DNA from: Zygnema circumcarinatum SAG 698-1b
Lineage: Eukaryota > Plantae > Zygnematophyceae
Assembly (NCBI GenBank): GCA_037447605.1
Contig: CM074817.1
Location: 806,001 to 870,000, forward strand
Reading direction: 5' to 3'
Length of the DNA stretch: 64,000 bases
Shown here: in pieces, positions 44,788-60,326 of the stretch
Layout of the letters: each line of letters opens with the position of its first letter
How positions within the stretch are numbered: position 1 is the first letter of the stretch
The notes under the pieces: generated by a model
What the model saw: only the letters and a program-made list of their open reading frames with translations
What the model was told of the DNA's origin: nothing
Database searches by the model: none
Position numbers and translations under genes: made by a program

Positions 44788-46636
44788 AAACGGAGGTTGA
44801 GGTCAACTGAGGTTTTGGGTTTTTAGGGTTTTTTTGCTTTTAGGGAGGAGGGCGTAACTTTGCTGTATAAAGTACGCTTTTAATAATAAAATTTCGTTTC
44901 TGTTGGTCGGACCTGCACATGAAAATAAACGAAGAGGCTGATGCTGTGCGAGAATGCATATCTCTCTCTCTCTGTGTCTCTCTCTCTCCCCCTCTCTCTC
45001 CTCTCTCCCCTCTCTCTCTCCCACTCTCTTTCTCCATCTCTCTCTCCTCTCCTCTCTCTCTCTCTCTCTTCCTCTCTCTCCTCTCTCTCTCTCCACTCTC
45101 TATCCTTTCTCTCTCTCTCTCTCTTCTGCCTCTCTCATCAGCACCCGCTTCCCTCCCTCCCATATCAGCCTGCTCTCCCATGCTCCACCTCTCTCTCCCC
45201 TTCTTCCCTCCCGAGGCGCAAACCGAGGCGGAAAGTTCGCAACCTGCGAACCCAAGTTTTTCAACGACTGCAACTCAAAAAACGACCACCTGCACGGGCG
45301 AAATGACGTCGGCAAAGTTTAAATACGTCAGCAAAAGTTGATCAGATTGTGACTCCATAGAAATTTATGTTTCATGTCTTCTCAGTTCCAGCTCTGCGTG
45401 CGATCTATGCTTTATTTCTGTGCTGTGTAGTCTAGATTAGCGTTCACGCTACGCTACGACACGGAGCCCCAAAAATGACAAACGGTGAAGCAAACAAGAA
45501 GATCAACCGTCCTGTAAATGACAAGGATCAAGACACGCGGAGTCCACTAGAGAGTGAAGATCCATTCAAAATTTTGTCGTCTTCTGCTTTGAACGAAACT
45601 CGAATCAAGCAATCAGGTGATGAAACGTGTCACTTTTGATCCATTTAACGTTATTTCGTAGTCAATTTGTTACACGTGGTGGTTTTCCATTGGAAGAAAA
45701 GTCCAACTTGGATAGCCGTTACATGCAGTGCATGTGAAGTTTCGTGTGTTTTCGCCGTGAAACAGCGGTTTTCGATTCATGCTTGAAATCCGTAGAACTG
45801 CATCCAGGCAACTTTCAACGCGATTTCCCGCTCTATGCTGAAGCGAAATCCTCTCTAAGGGGCCCTTTCCAAGTGGCCAAATACTAGAAACTTTCTGACG
45901 TTCCGCTGACGTCATCATCACAACCAGATTCCAGTTGTAAACCAGCCGTTGGCGTCGTGACTCTATTCGCACCCGAAAATGGGGTAAAACTATCAAAATT
46001 TAGATTAGCAAAAGGCGAGAAACTCGCAAACCTGAATTGGGCTGGTTTCCAATTTTAGAACGACACTGCGCGCCAAACTAGTACATGGAACGAACCCTAA
46101 CAGAAGTTTTTTCCCCATTCAATACACTGCTAATTTTGCTCTCAGTAACTGTACAATAACTGCATGGATCCCGTTTACCGTAAACTACATAGAACCTTCC
46201 TATGGACCGTATGGCTCAGCTCGACCGAGCCCTTCTTTGGGGGTCTCACTGCGCGCCAAAAAATCTCCGCTAGCCACTGGGAAGGCGGCCTGTCACGTGC
46301 GGGTCCGACCGCCGTCCAAAAACACATCTACGAATTTTCCGCCGAGACTTTGGAATCGGTGACGTGACTCGTCCGTGCATGGCTCTGCATGGGCCGGCCG
46401 CCCGGCAACACTCGTTCTTCACATAAAAAGCCAAGAGGAGGCATCGCTTTCTCAGCGGATTTCAGACAGAAGTCATTCAGAAACCTGGAAAATTGACCCC
46501 TCTCGGCAGTCACCTCTCAAAGAGAAAGAAGTCAAGAGAGCACAAGTACCGACTTTTTGAAAGACTTGAACGCCTCTCTCGTCCCACTCTCTCACTGTGC
46601 CTTCTCTCCTCCTTCTCGCCCGCCCTCCCAGTAAAC

Positions 46637-49019
<2,383 letters not shown>

Positions 49020-49642
49020 GAAGCTGGGAAGGAAAATCAGGCACGCAGAGAGGGAAAGAAGCTGAATACGGAGAATAAATTGAACGAAGAATTGGTGTAC
49101 ATATGTTTTCTTCGAAAAGATTGAACTTTGTGTAGATCGAATTCGTGGTTGGAATGGGAGGCGGGATATCTTAAAAAGCGCTAAGCGGTGTTCTCGATTT
49201 TATTTTTTCCAATCATAAATATTTTCGTTTGGTGAAACCATTTGGTTCGTTTTCTTTATGCTGATTTGGAGTTTTCGATACTGTGGTCGGCCTACGTTCC
49301 ATCCATATGCTTGCGTAAAAGTGCTATGCATCTGTTCAGATTACGTTTAAACAGAATATAGTGTGAAATCTTGGATACTAGGAGAATAAAGCCTCAATTA
49401 TAAGGCAACTTACATAGTGCTGGTTGACTATTTTCATCTCACTAACCCTTAAACCCTAAATCTTTAGCATTCGCTTAACTGTGTGATCTACGCCTCCCAT
49501 ACTAAATATCAATTATTAAATTATTAAATTAAATATGTATATAAATATAATATAGTATAATAATAATATATATATAAATTATTAAATTCCCATATAAATT
49601 ATCATCCCCAGGTAACGGAAGGCTCCCCTTCCCTTCCCAACA

Positions 49643-51298
49643 TCACATAATCATTTGTTTTCCACGAATTATAAGTCGACGGGTCGGCTTCTTCACGCTG
49701 AATTTGAAGTCAAGCACGTCCGTGTCCCAAGGAGCAAAGGTGGTGTTCTGTGTGGCAGTTATGTCCTCCGTAGTCCACCACCCATAGTGCCATGTAAAGG
49801 TTGCGTTGGGCGCGAGGGCCACCTTCAGTAAACAAGTTCTATCCTTCAAACTTTGCCAGTCCTTCCTTATAGGACAAGCGAGCATCAGCCATTTCTCTGT
49901 GGGAGGCCACGACATAAGGCGGCCTCTGAGACCGCGAGAGTCGTCAGCAAAAAAATGAATATCAAAGACCCAGCCGGTCATGCGGTTCGTTATTTCTAAG
50001 TAGAAGATGCACCACCATCGGGAGCAGCCGAAATCGAAACATGAGCGGCCGACCGGACTTCGTGGTTTCCAACCGTAAGACCAGTCGATGAATTGTCTGA
50101 GATACTGAAAGCGCCTTCGTTGCCCATCTGCGAAAGAAAAGAAGGAGGAGTTCTGGGCATCAGGAGTGAGATTCTCGCTCATAAAAGCAATCTATGTATG
50201 TGAATCTGGCAGAGAGAGCGAGAGAAGGAGAGGGAGAGAAGTGGAGGAAAGGACAGAGAGCAAGCGTGTGTAAGTGAAATGGAGAGTGAGAGAGAGATAA
50301 AACATGAGAGAGGTGGCAGGAAGGGAGAGTAAGACTCACCATTACGAGTAATATTACGTTTGCCAGACGGCCGGAAGGGAACCCAGTCATCCCCGAGATA
50401 TGGTGGTGGTTGAAAGGGGGGGTTAGGGATGTCATAGATGGGAAGGTTTGTTGGAGTGCATTCGTTCTTAGCGAGGAGCCCCGCCACCTTCAAGAACCTC
50501 TCGTCCATTGGGCATGGGGAAGGGGCTGTCTGGTTAGAGGGAGAGGCTATGCATGGGGGGAAGGGTGAAAGCGAGGTGAGGAGGGAGTGGCTAGGAGGGA
50601 GAGGGAGGGTGAGGAAGTGGAATGAGAAAGGAAGAGAAGAGAGGAGGGTGAAACTGGAGGTGAGTGGAGGTAGGAGAACAATGATGAAAGAGGGGAATTG
50701 GAGTAGGAGGAGAGGGAGGGAAGTGGAGATGACAGAAAAGGAGAGGGAGAGGGTGGGGCTGGAGGTGAGAGTGGAGGTGAGGGAGAGGGTGGTGAGGGAG
50801 GGGGTGAATCAGGAGGAGAGGGAGGGGGTGAGGGTGGAGATGAGAGAAAAAGAGAGGGAGAGGGTGAGGGTGAGGCTGGAGGTGGGAGTGGAGGTGAGGG
50901 AGAGGGAGGTTGGTTTAAGGGCGAAGGTGGAGGGGGTGACGGAGGAGGCGGTGGCGGTAGAGAAGCTGGAGAAGGTGCAATAGTCGTATCTGAAACGGAA
51001 ATTTACATTGAAGTGAGCCCTTTGCCACAAAAGATCCATTTTAGACATTATTAAGATAAAAATTGTGCACATATGCACACATAGATTTTTCTGGCAACTT
51101 ATAAATTGACATCGATCGAACCCATCTCCCTTTCCGTGGAAAGATGAGGCTTCGCCACATACCTCCACCGTTCAAATCCGTCCGACGCCGTAAATTCTCC
51201 TCTTCTTCCGAGCCCAGCCCTGAAGCAGCAGCTCGCCCCAATGAGGCGAGGACCAGAAGGGAGATCAAAAGGATGAGAGATATGCCGCTCTGAGCCAT
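49643..51298 (-). CDS. Secreted Ser-Pro-rich (extensin/HRGP-like) chimeric protein with an unrecognised Trp/Cys-rich C-terminal domain, ~381 aa, 4 exons
   Basis: Exons 51298-51163 (signal peptide MAQSGISLILLISLLVLASLGRAAA), 50989-50655 (SPPPP/SPSP repeats), 50529-50340 and 50127-49643. The intron 50654-50530 is the least certain; it is the GT-AG pair found that restores frame. Confidence 0.65.
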
Positions 51299-51854
51299 AA
51301 AAAAAAATTCTTTGGAAAGAACTCTATTTTTACTATATAGACACCTGAGTTGTTAATTGGGTGCCCTGCCCTGTCACACCTTCATACCTTTTCTCCCTCC
51401 CCTCTCCTCTCCCTCTCTCTCTCCCTCTCCTACACCCTGTCCCCCTCCCTCTCCCTCTCCCTCTCAGGCTGTGGGGAGAATTCTATTCCAAATATATAAA
51501 ATAGAGCTCTGTATTCTGAATTGAGTCTCTTAGTCTTTTTTTCCCTCTGTCTTCCCTTTATATATGGAGGGAGGGAGGGAGAGGGGTTGCGAGGGGGGGG
51601 GGGGGCGGTTGGATAACCGCCGCCTGTACGGACCAGCCGTCCGTACACACTATACGGAATCAGACGAAAGGCTGTGTCGAAGAAAATCTTTGAGATTAGG
51701 AAGAATCGGATTCGTTGGGATCTATCTGAAATATTTCAGATCCCTCATAGATACGATTGGTGGACTCTTCAACATATAGATCTTGACAGAATCTAAGGTT
51801 AAGGGGAAGATCTTCAGGATCTGGCGTTAGAGGAGATGGTTTATAAATGAAGAA

Positions 51855-52897
51855 GGGTAGTGTTATTTCCACCCCTTTTTTGGATCAACACCAATTCCCG
51901 GCCGGGCAGATTTTAATGAGGCTTTAAAACGGAAAATGATTTTTTCACTCCTTTTTGGAATCGATACCTACCAGTTTCCGTCGGTGGATTTTATTTCTGC
52001 AAAACAAGGAAAATGATTCCCGGTCATCCCATTTTGAATATTCCCTCCCCCTGAATTTGTTTTTGAAAGAAAAAAATATCGGCCTGCCCAAATCCGCTTG
52101 GAACGGACGATCCGTCCGCCACGAGATCGTTCGCAGGTATGCGTCCTTCACACGTGCGGTGAATCTCTGCCGTCGACTCTCTCGCAAATCGCACCGTGGC
52201 AGATCACGTTCGATCTGCAGCCGGGCTCAGTCCCAGCGAATGGCACGTGCCCACGTGTCCCACCAAAGCCGTCTCAAAAGTGGGTCCGTACAAAAGTCGT
52301 GGTCGGAACTTCGAGAAAACCCTAGATTTCGTACGTTTATAGCCTGGACCAATCGAGAAGTTCCCGTCATAAAAATAACACGTGGCATATGGTGATTGGC
52401 TGCCAGTTGTCAATGGCTAGCCGCCGCAGGCTTGCTGGTCCAGCTCATAGTTTTGAGGAGATCTCGGGCCGCGGGACGCGGGCACTCGCTCGTGCGAGTC
52501 GGCTTCGGCGGGACACGTGGGCGCGTGCCATTCGCTGGGACCGAGCCAGGCTGTGATCTAGCGTAATGCGATATGCGAGGTAATCGACGGCGGAGATTTA
52601 CAGCACGTGTGGCGGACGGCCATCTCGTGACGGACGCATCTCGTGGCGAGCGGATTCGGGCAGGCCAATATTTTTTTCTCTCAAAAGAAAATTCAGGGGA
52701 AGGGGATATTCAAAACGGGTGACCGGGTATATTTTCCTTGTTTTGCAAAAATAAAATCTGCCGACGGAAGGAGGTGGGTATCGACTCCAAAAGTCTGTGA
52801 AAATAGCATACAGTATTCCGTTATTAAACCTTTTCAAAATCTGCCCGGCCGGGAAGGGATGTTTGGATCCAAAAAAGGGGTGGAAATAACACTACCC
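51855..52897. mobile_element. Mutator-like long-TIR MITE, copy 1 (no TSD retained)
   Basis: Termini GGGTAGTGTTATTTCCACCCCTTTTTTGGATC...GATCCAAAAAAGGGGTGGAAATAACACTACCC with several hundred bp of imperfect inverted arms. Same family as 61798-62738. Flanks AATGAAGAA and AAGATGAAT do not match. Confidence 0.75.
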
Positions 52898-53436
52898 AAG
52901 ATGAATCTCTTCTAAACATTCAGAAAATTGCTTTGAGATCGTGCTGACGCGGCCAAACTGACACGTATGCAGATCTGCACAATCCTGTTTACCGGGCGGC
53001 CTCATTTGTCGTTTTCGCATTGCCGCCCGGACCTGCGCAGCTGGTCGGCGCCCAGATCAAGTATGCCACGTCAGCAAACGGATCTGAGGGCGCACTGTGA
53101 TTGGTCGCCATGAGATTTGGGCTGTGCCTTGGGTAATTTATGGAGTGCGTCTAGCTGGACCAATCGAACTGTCGTTTGGCTGTCTCTGAACCCGAAACCC
53201 CGAAAGCCGCAAAACTTGCAAAAGTTTGGAGCTGTTGGGCGGCCTCCAAAACTTCACAGCAACCCTAATTATAAACTCTGCGCAGGCTGAGTGCGGAGAG
53301 AGGGAGAGTGGGAGAGAGAGAGAGGGGGGAGAGAGTGAGGGAGGGAAGAGAGGGAGAGAGGGAGAGAGCGAGAGGTAGAGAGAGGGAGGGAGTGGGGGGA
53401 GAGAGAGAGAGGGAGGGGAGAGTGGGAGAGGCAGCC

Positions 53437-56400
53437 ATGGCGGCCACTTTAGTGTGGACGGCGGACGAAGAGCCCTCTCTGGCGGTTGCACGCTTTGTGG
53501 CAGAGCTCGCGTGGGCGGATGCGGGACCAGAGGTGAAATTTCTTTCCGCGATTGGCCACTCAAGGCGCACTCATTTCAATGTTCAGTCAAGTTAGGGCTC
53601 CGTCTGTCATTTTCTTCCACTGAAAGAGAACAGTGGAATGCATTTAGGGGACCTAAACGTATGGCAGGTTGGGATTCCCAACCAAGTCCCTCCCTCCCTC
53701 CCTCCCTCCCTCNNNNNNNNNNTCCCTTGCCTTTCCAGACGTTCATAGGCCTTCTGCATCTTTCCAATTTCCCTCATTCCGTGACCACAGTCCGTTCCAT
53801 GTGACAGATTTCCGCGGAACAGACGATGCGGTTCTGTGTGGAGGCGGAGCAGTTGCTCAGCGATGGCCGAAACCGCGAGCTTGTGGGCCTACTCATTACG
53901 TCAGCTGACGTCATCCTGACAAACGCAGCAGAAAAAGGTGTTATTCGGAAACACCATACACCATTTTTTTTTTTTTAATTCAATTTGCTTTTTTGGGGGG
54001 ACTAAGGTTCTTTGTTTTCCTTTTTTTCTGCAGATTCCGAGTGCATTTTTGCAGTGATCAGTAATTTTGTGACGAAAGCGGGAAGTTCGGAGGAAGCCGA
54101 AGCGATTGCGAATGACATTGCGGATAAGTTGACGGCTTCAGCAACCGATAAACCGGCACTTAGACTTAAGCTGTAAGCTCTTGAGGGGAAGACAGAGAGG
54201 GGGGAAAATAGAGGGGGGGAAATTGAGGGAGGGGAAGAGAGTGAGTGAGAGAGAGAGACACATAGAGAGACGGAGTGAACGAGGGAGGGTGGGTGGATGG
54301 AGGGGGAAGGGGGAGGTGGAGGTGGGGTGGGGAGAGAGGGAAGAGAGAGGAAGAGAGCGGTAGAGCGAGGGATAGGGGGAGGGAGTGAGAGCGGAAGAGA
54401 GAAGAGGGGGAGATGGATAGTTTATTCTCTTCCTAATTGGAGTTTTCTGCCTTGCCTTCTTTATCAGGCTCATCTGCCTCTATAACCTTCTTCGAACGCC
54501 CAAAGCGCGATATACGATTTACATGCGGGCATTAAACTATTCAGTTTCGGGAAAAGTGATGGAGCTGATAACTCCCACATTCAAACGGATCGACAGTTTA
54601 ATCCGCGAGTGGGGAATTGGAGGGAAGGAGCAGAGAGCACTCTATTTGGCGGTCACAAATATCTTGAAGGAGAACAAGGGGTGAGAGCTTCATCGTGGCT
54701 CTCTCTCTGACTGCCTCTCTCTCTCTCCCTTTCTTTCTTTCTCTACGTCTCACCTTCCCAATCCATTATCTTGATCTTCCTTTGTTTCCCTCCCCTTTGC
54801 CTTCTTATGTTTTACCATTTCTAACCTTTGCTTTTCACCATTCTTTTCCTGTTCCATTCCCTCTCTTTCCTCTCTCCTTTGTTCCTCTCCTCTTCTCGCT
54901 GCCTCTCCTCCTCCCCCGCCTCCTCCCTACCTCGCCCTCCCCACCCTCTCCCGACCCTCCCTCGTCCTTTCCCACCCCTCTCCCTCCCTCTCACATCCTC
55001 GTATCCAGCTCTGCGCGAGAGTCCTTCACATACCTTGTGAAGTACCTCTCTACCTTTGTGGGAGAGGAGGCGCCCGCTCTCTCTGCCGTGAGGGAGAATG
55101 CGATCAGAGCAGCAGTGGAGTTCATAAAAGCCCCTGACCTTTTCCAGGTATTTCACATTTTCTTTACAGACCTCTTCGTGTTTTTAGGGTGGTCAGGACG
55201 CGTTTGAGTTTTGAAATCGACCTATCTCCCTCGGTTTATTGTGCAAAACTGAAACCTTTGGATAAGCATTCTCTCTTGAAAATTTGTTAAGTGCTGTTAA
55301 CAAAACCGAACGTTTGTACCTACAAACCAATCAATACCTTAAAAAACCCCTAAACTCTAATTTCTAAATCCTATTTAAATCCTAAATTAAACTAAAGTAA
55401 TCAAATTTCTATTTTGATTTTTTTGCAGAGCGATCTTCTTGACCTCCCCCCCATGTTGCAGCTCGAAAAAGACGACTCCTCTGCTCCCATAATCTCGCTT
55501 CTCCGAATTTTTTTAACTGGATATTTGGACGATTATCTAAAATTTCATGCTCAGCATGCAACTCTGCTCCAGTCTCTAGGTGACTTTAGTCTTCTCTCTC
55601 TCTCTCTCTCTCCCGCTCTCTATCTCCCTCTTACGTTTTCTGGGTTTTAACACATCGGACAGTACCGCATGTTTTGTACACAGCACCGAATATTAAGAAA
55701 GAAGAGTTTTTTTCCACAGTGAAATGCAGCGCATCTGTTGTACAAACTGTTATTAATATTCATTTACATATTCCTTTTTTTTATTAAGATTTTTGTGGTT
55801 CTGTGGAGGAGCAGGGCTGGTGCACGACGAAAATGTGCACAAAATGAGGCTGCTCTCTCTGGCGGCCCTTGCAGCAGACAGCCGCAGTGGGGAGATTAGA
55901 TACAGCCTCGTGCAGGAGACTCTGCAGGTGGGAGGGAGGGAGGGAGGGGGGGATNNNNNNNNNNAGGAGGGGGAGGTGGGGAGGGAGGGAGGGAAGAATG
56001 GGGGGAGGGAATGGGGAGGGGAAGGGGGATAGGAGGGGGAGGTGGGGAGGGAGAAGAGAGAAGTGGGAGATAATTTGAACCGATAGTATTTCCGAGTTAT
56101 AGAGCCGCATAGATTAACGTGGATCTTTTTTGGATTGAAAAGCGAGCAATCGTTATCTAACGTAAGTGGAAAGGTTGTACTAATTTTTCCGGTAATTGAC
56201 CAATAACGTGACAGGTGGCACATGATGACGTGGAGTTGTGGGTGGTGAGAGCCATCGCAGCAAAACTGATCGAAGCGAAAATCGATCAAATGCGAGAAAT
56301 GATCATCATCAAGTAAGATGCTGGCAGTTGCTGATTGGTCGGATACTTCTATTCTCCTACTTGACTGTAGTCTCCACCATTTTCTCTCTCTTCTCTCCCG

Positions 56401-57466
56401 GCTCCTTCTTCTCTCACCTCTCTCCTCCCCCTCTCTATTTCTCTCTGTCCTCTCCTGCCCTCCTCCCACCGTTGTTCTCCAACTCTCCTCTTTGTGACCT
56501 TTCTTGTCATGTTTCAATAGCAGGTCGGGCGCAGGATATAGGTCTCCTAATAATCCTAACCCTAACCGTATCCCCGAATCTGACCGCAATACTTATTCTG
56601 CCCTTTCCTTAACCCTAAACCACAACTAACTTCAACCCTGACCTTAATCCTTTACCTTAACCTTCACCCTAACCCTAGCCCTGGCCTAGCCTAGCCCTAG
56701 CCTAGCCTAGCCTAGCCTAACCTAGCCTAGCCTAACCCCTAGCTTCAACACAACCCCTAGCCTAACCTAACCTAACCCTAACCCTAACCCTAACCCTAAC
56801 CCCCACCTTAAATCTAACTCTAACCCTGAATCTAACCCTAACCCTAATCCTCACCGTAGTCCTAACCGTAACTCTTAACCCTAATCCTAATTCTAACCCT
56901 AACTTTAACCCTAACCCGAACCCTCTCCTAATCCTAATCCTAACTCTAACCCTAGCCTAACCCTAACCTTAACCCTATCCCTAACCCTAAGCCCAATCCT
57001 AACCCTAACCCTAACCCTAACTCTAATTCTACCCCAAATCCTAATCCTAACCCTAACTGTAGCACTTCTTGACTTGTCTGCTTGTGTGACGTCACAGCCG
57101 GTCGTCGCAGCGCGTTTTTGGGCCCTCTCAGTGGAGAGAACTTCGAGGAAAGCTCGGCCGCTGGAAGGTGAGAAAAAGGCAACAGCGGAAAGGACAAAAA
57201 ACAGTTGGTGGGAAAGGGACAAATCATCTGAAACGAAGTGGAAATTTTGGCGTCCATTGACGACCCAAAACATGTTACTTAATGCAAATAATATTTTATT
57301 TTCCAATATCTGAATTCGAATAGGTGGTTTTCAAAGAGTAAATGCCAGTGTTTCTGTTTTTTTTTTATTCACATCTCTTCTTTTTTGGATGCAGGAAAAT
57401 GTTGCACACGTGTCCCGAGTTGTCCAAAATGCAAAAGCCAACGGTGGAATCCCTCGGGGGCAGTGA
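53437..57466 (+). CDS. EIF3M: Eukaryotic translation initiation factor 3 subunit M (PCI domain), 406 aa, 10 exons
   Basis: Exons 53437-53532, 53808-53937, 54034-54172, 54468-54680, 55009-55147, 55429-55579, 55815-55927, 56215-56312, 57098-57167 and 57395-57466. Motifs EEPSLAVARFVAELAWADAGPE, KPALRLKL, AVEFIKAPDLFQSDLLD, KMRLLSL, VELWVVRAIAAKLIEAKIDQ and FGPSQW..LRGKL..WK match plant eIF3m. Confidence 0.93.
56545..57057. repeat. Interstitial telomere-like repeat array (CCCTAA with CCTAA and CCTAG blocks) in eIF3m intron 8
   Basis: Runs such as (CCCTAA)n at ~56774-56800 and ~56990-57020 and (CCTAG)n at ~56685-56735, embedded in degenerate hexamers. Confidence 0.85.
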
Positions 57467-59996
57467 GGCAATTTTTTTTTTTTTCCTTTGGAAGAGATCA
57501 ACACGAAAAGAGAACGAGGAAATAAGAAGTGTTTCGGGTGTTAATTTTGCGAAGTTTTCTGACTCATGAAGTTTTTTCAAATCCTCTGTTCCGCTTTCTC
57601 TCCTCTTTTTCTCCACCCTCGCCATCTCCCTCTCCCTCTCTTTATCCCGCTTTCTCTCCCTCTCACACCCCCCCTCCCTCTCCCTCTCCCTCTCCCTCTC
57701 CCTCTCCCTCTCCCTCTCCCTTTTCCTCTCCCTCTCCCTCTCCCTTTCCCTCTCCNNNNNNNNNNCCCCTCCCTCTCCCACTCCAATCCCACTCCGAACT
57801 CCCACCCCAACTCCCCCTCCCACCCCCTCTTCCACCCCCTCTCCCACCCCCTCTCCCACTCCCTCTCCCATCCACCCACTCCCTCCCTCCCCTCTCCTCT
57901 CTCCCGCCTCGTCAAGTTTTTTTGGGACCCATTTTTGCCTTCCTATTCTCTTCTCATTTTTATTTTTGCACCGATTTGAGTAGCCGCCAAATAAAGGATC
58001 AGTCTGCGATGAAAAACTAAGTTTTTGGGGTGTTTTGAGTCGGACGGACGGATGTGGGGCAGGGCGAGGCAGGGTTTAAGCGGGGAGGGGTTCATGGACC
58101 AGAGTGGGCAGAGAGAGAGAGAGAGAGAGTGAGAGAGAGAGAGAGAGATAGCGAGAGAGAGCGGTGCTTGCAGCGAAACCGTTGGTGGTTCTATGTGGTC
58201 ACGTCACGGGGCACGAAAAAGGGGCATGCCCAACTTTTAGGGCCATACATGTATGTATGTCATCGAGGTCCATGTGACTTCGGAGAGGTGGAAGCATGGA
58301 TTCGCCAACCATTAGGCCAAGCATTGGCTATCAATGCTTGGTTGGCCAATGGTTGCGAACCCTAGCCAACGGTTGTGAAGCAATTGAACTCCACATTGGC
58401 TGGACGACAATTATAGAAGACCACGTAGACGCTTCTGAACCGTCGATTTTCACGTCAGTCAGATCTGTCGAACGAGAAGGGCCGTGCTTGCACACGTGCC
58501 CGCCACATGTCCTATTAGTCTGCCGACTGGACGGCTGAATTTTCATTGCCATGTTGTACTCTCAGTTGACGTACCATGTGCACCTAGTCATTTAGGGTGC
58601 GCCTTTTGAAGTACAATTTCAATACCACGACAGGCCAGTCCACGATGGCAACTTTTCGCCAATCATGTGGTTACACGTCAGCAAAATATCCTTTTTACGG
58701 GCGGTAGTTTGTCTTTTCCTAATAGTTGCACAATCGTATTCTAAAACAGATGCCCCGTAGGGTGGGTTGCATAACACATTCGCAGTACTGGTTCTAATTT
58801 AAAGGTTACGACAAAAACTGTCAGCATTTGGCAACCAAACTTCTAGACTTCCAGCTGTTGCGTGAGTTGTGTTAAACGACAAAATAGGATCCTGAACACG
58901 TGGCCGAATGCGGGCCGCGAACAGTGAGGAAAATGTGCGCATGTGACGCCCAGTTCCGCTAAAAGGGATTTCCGCAACGGTCAGATTTCCCGCGTTCTAT
59001 GTTGTGTGAAGTGCCCGAGGGCGAAGGGGCCTTCTGGGAGCTCTGCGGCCGAGAGAGCATTGGAGTTGGAAGGGGAACAATTCTGGTCAGAATTCTGGCG
59101 CGGCTTGTGGCGGCTGTGAGTGGCTCTCTCTCTCTCTCCCTTTCTCTCTCTCCCTCTCTCTCCCTCTCCCTCTCCTCTCCTTCTCCCTCTTCCTCTCCCT
59201 CTTTCTCTCTTCCCCTCTCTCCCCCTCTCTCTCCCTCTCTCTCCCTCTCTCTCTCTCTCCCTCTCTCCCCCTCTTCCTCTCTCTCTCCCTCTCTCTCTCT
59301 CTCCCTCTCTCCCCCTCTTCCTCTCTCTCTCCCTCCTCTCTCTCTCTCCCTCTCCCCCTCCTCTCCCTCTCCCCTCTCCACCTCCCTCTCCCTCTCCCTC
59401 TCCCTCTCCCTCTCCCTCCCTCTCCCTCTCCTTTCCCTCTCCCTCTCCCTCCCACTCCCTCTCCTCTCCCTCTCCCTCTCCTCTCCCTCTCCCTCTCCCT
59501 CTCCCTCTCCCTCTCCCTCTCCCTCTTCCTCTCTCCCTCTCTCTCCCTGTCTCTCCCTCTCTCTCCCTCTCTCTCCCTCCCTCTCTCTTCTTTCTCGTTA
59601 TCTCTGTCTCTGCCTCTCTCTGTCTCTCTCTCTCCTCTCTCGCTCTATCTCTGTCTCTTTCTCTGTCTCTCTCTTTCTCTCTCGCTCTCTTTCTCCTTCT
59701 CTATAACACATCCACAGTTTGATTTCCCTCTCACGCTCTCGGGCTTTCTTCACTTTCTCTCCACTTCCTTTTGCCCTCCTGCTCCGCCAGCTCCCCTTTC
59801 TTTCCCTACTTCCCCTCTCTCCCCAGAGAGAAAGAGGAGCGAGAGAGGTGTAGAGAGAGGGTGAGAGGCCACAAGCAAAACTGACATAGTCAGAATTTTT
59901 GGGCTTTCGCAGGTACTGGCTACTCTCCTTCTCTCCCTCTCCCCCCTTCTGCCTTCCTTGTCTCCACCTCCTCTCAACCCTTCTCAAGTCAGAGCC

Positions 59997-60326
59997 ATGG
60001 CGGAAGAGGGAGCCTCCCTCACCTCCGCATATACTAACGACCTATTATCCCCTGAAAAGAGAGATAAATTTGGAAATTCTCTCAGCGATCGGAGGCCTTT
60101 GGGGTCTCGAATTTCGCCACTTTCGGACGAGGAGGAGGAGGAGGCTGCAGCCATGGCTTCGTCACGTCACGGAGAAGAGGCGAGCCTTGGAGCAGGAGGA
60201 GGCCTCTCCCGCTGTCTGGCGATGCGGAGAGACGCGTACAGCGATTGGGAAGTGAGGGAAATAGAAACTTTACAAGGGAAGAAGGAGGTTTTTGGGCCGC
60301 CGGTCGCAAAGAGTAAGGGATTTTAG
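59997..60326 (+). CDS. Possible small hypothetical protein (109 aa from ATG 59997); strand ambiguous
   Basis: Good start context (GCCATGG) right after a possible acceptor at 59992, with an upstream GTGAGT donor at ~59116. An alternative spliced minus-strand ORF (ATG 60154) overlaps it. No recognisable domain. Confidence 0.25.
   Translation: MAEEGASLTSAYTNDLLSPEKRDKFGNSLSDRRPLGSRISPLSDEEEEEAAAMASSRHGEEASLGAGGGLSRCLAMRRDAYSDWEVREIETLQGKKEVFGPPVAKSKGF

Noticed and set aside
45670-46560. Short ORFs upstream of the FLA gene
   Set aside because: They are non-conserved-looking 60-108 aa frames in motif-rich promoter DNA (TGACGTCA, repeated CACTGCGCGCCAAA), with no splice or domain support.
57500-58365. 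Possible gene between eIF3m and the 59-60 kb locus
   Set aside because: The ORFs are low-complexity, the region spans an assembly gap, and no consistent exon chain was found. It is likely eIF3m 3' UTR plus intergenic DNA.
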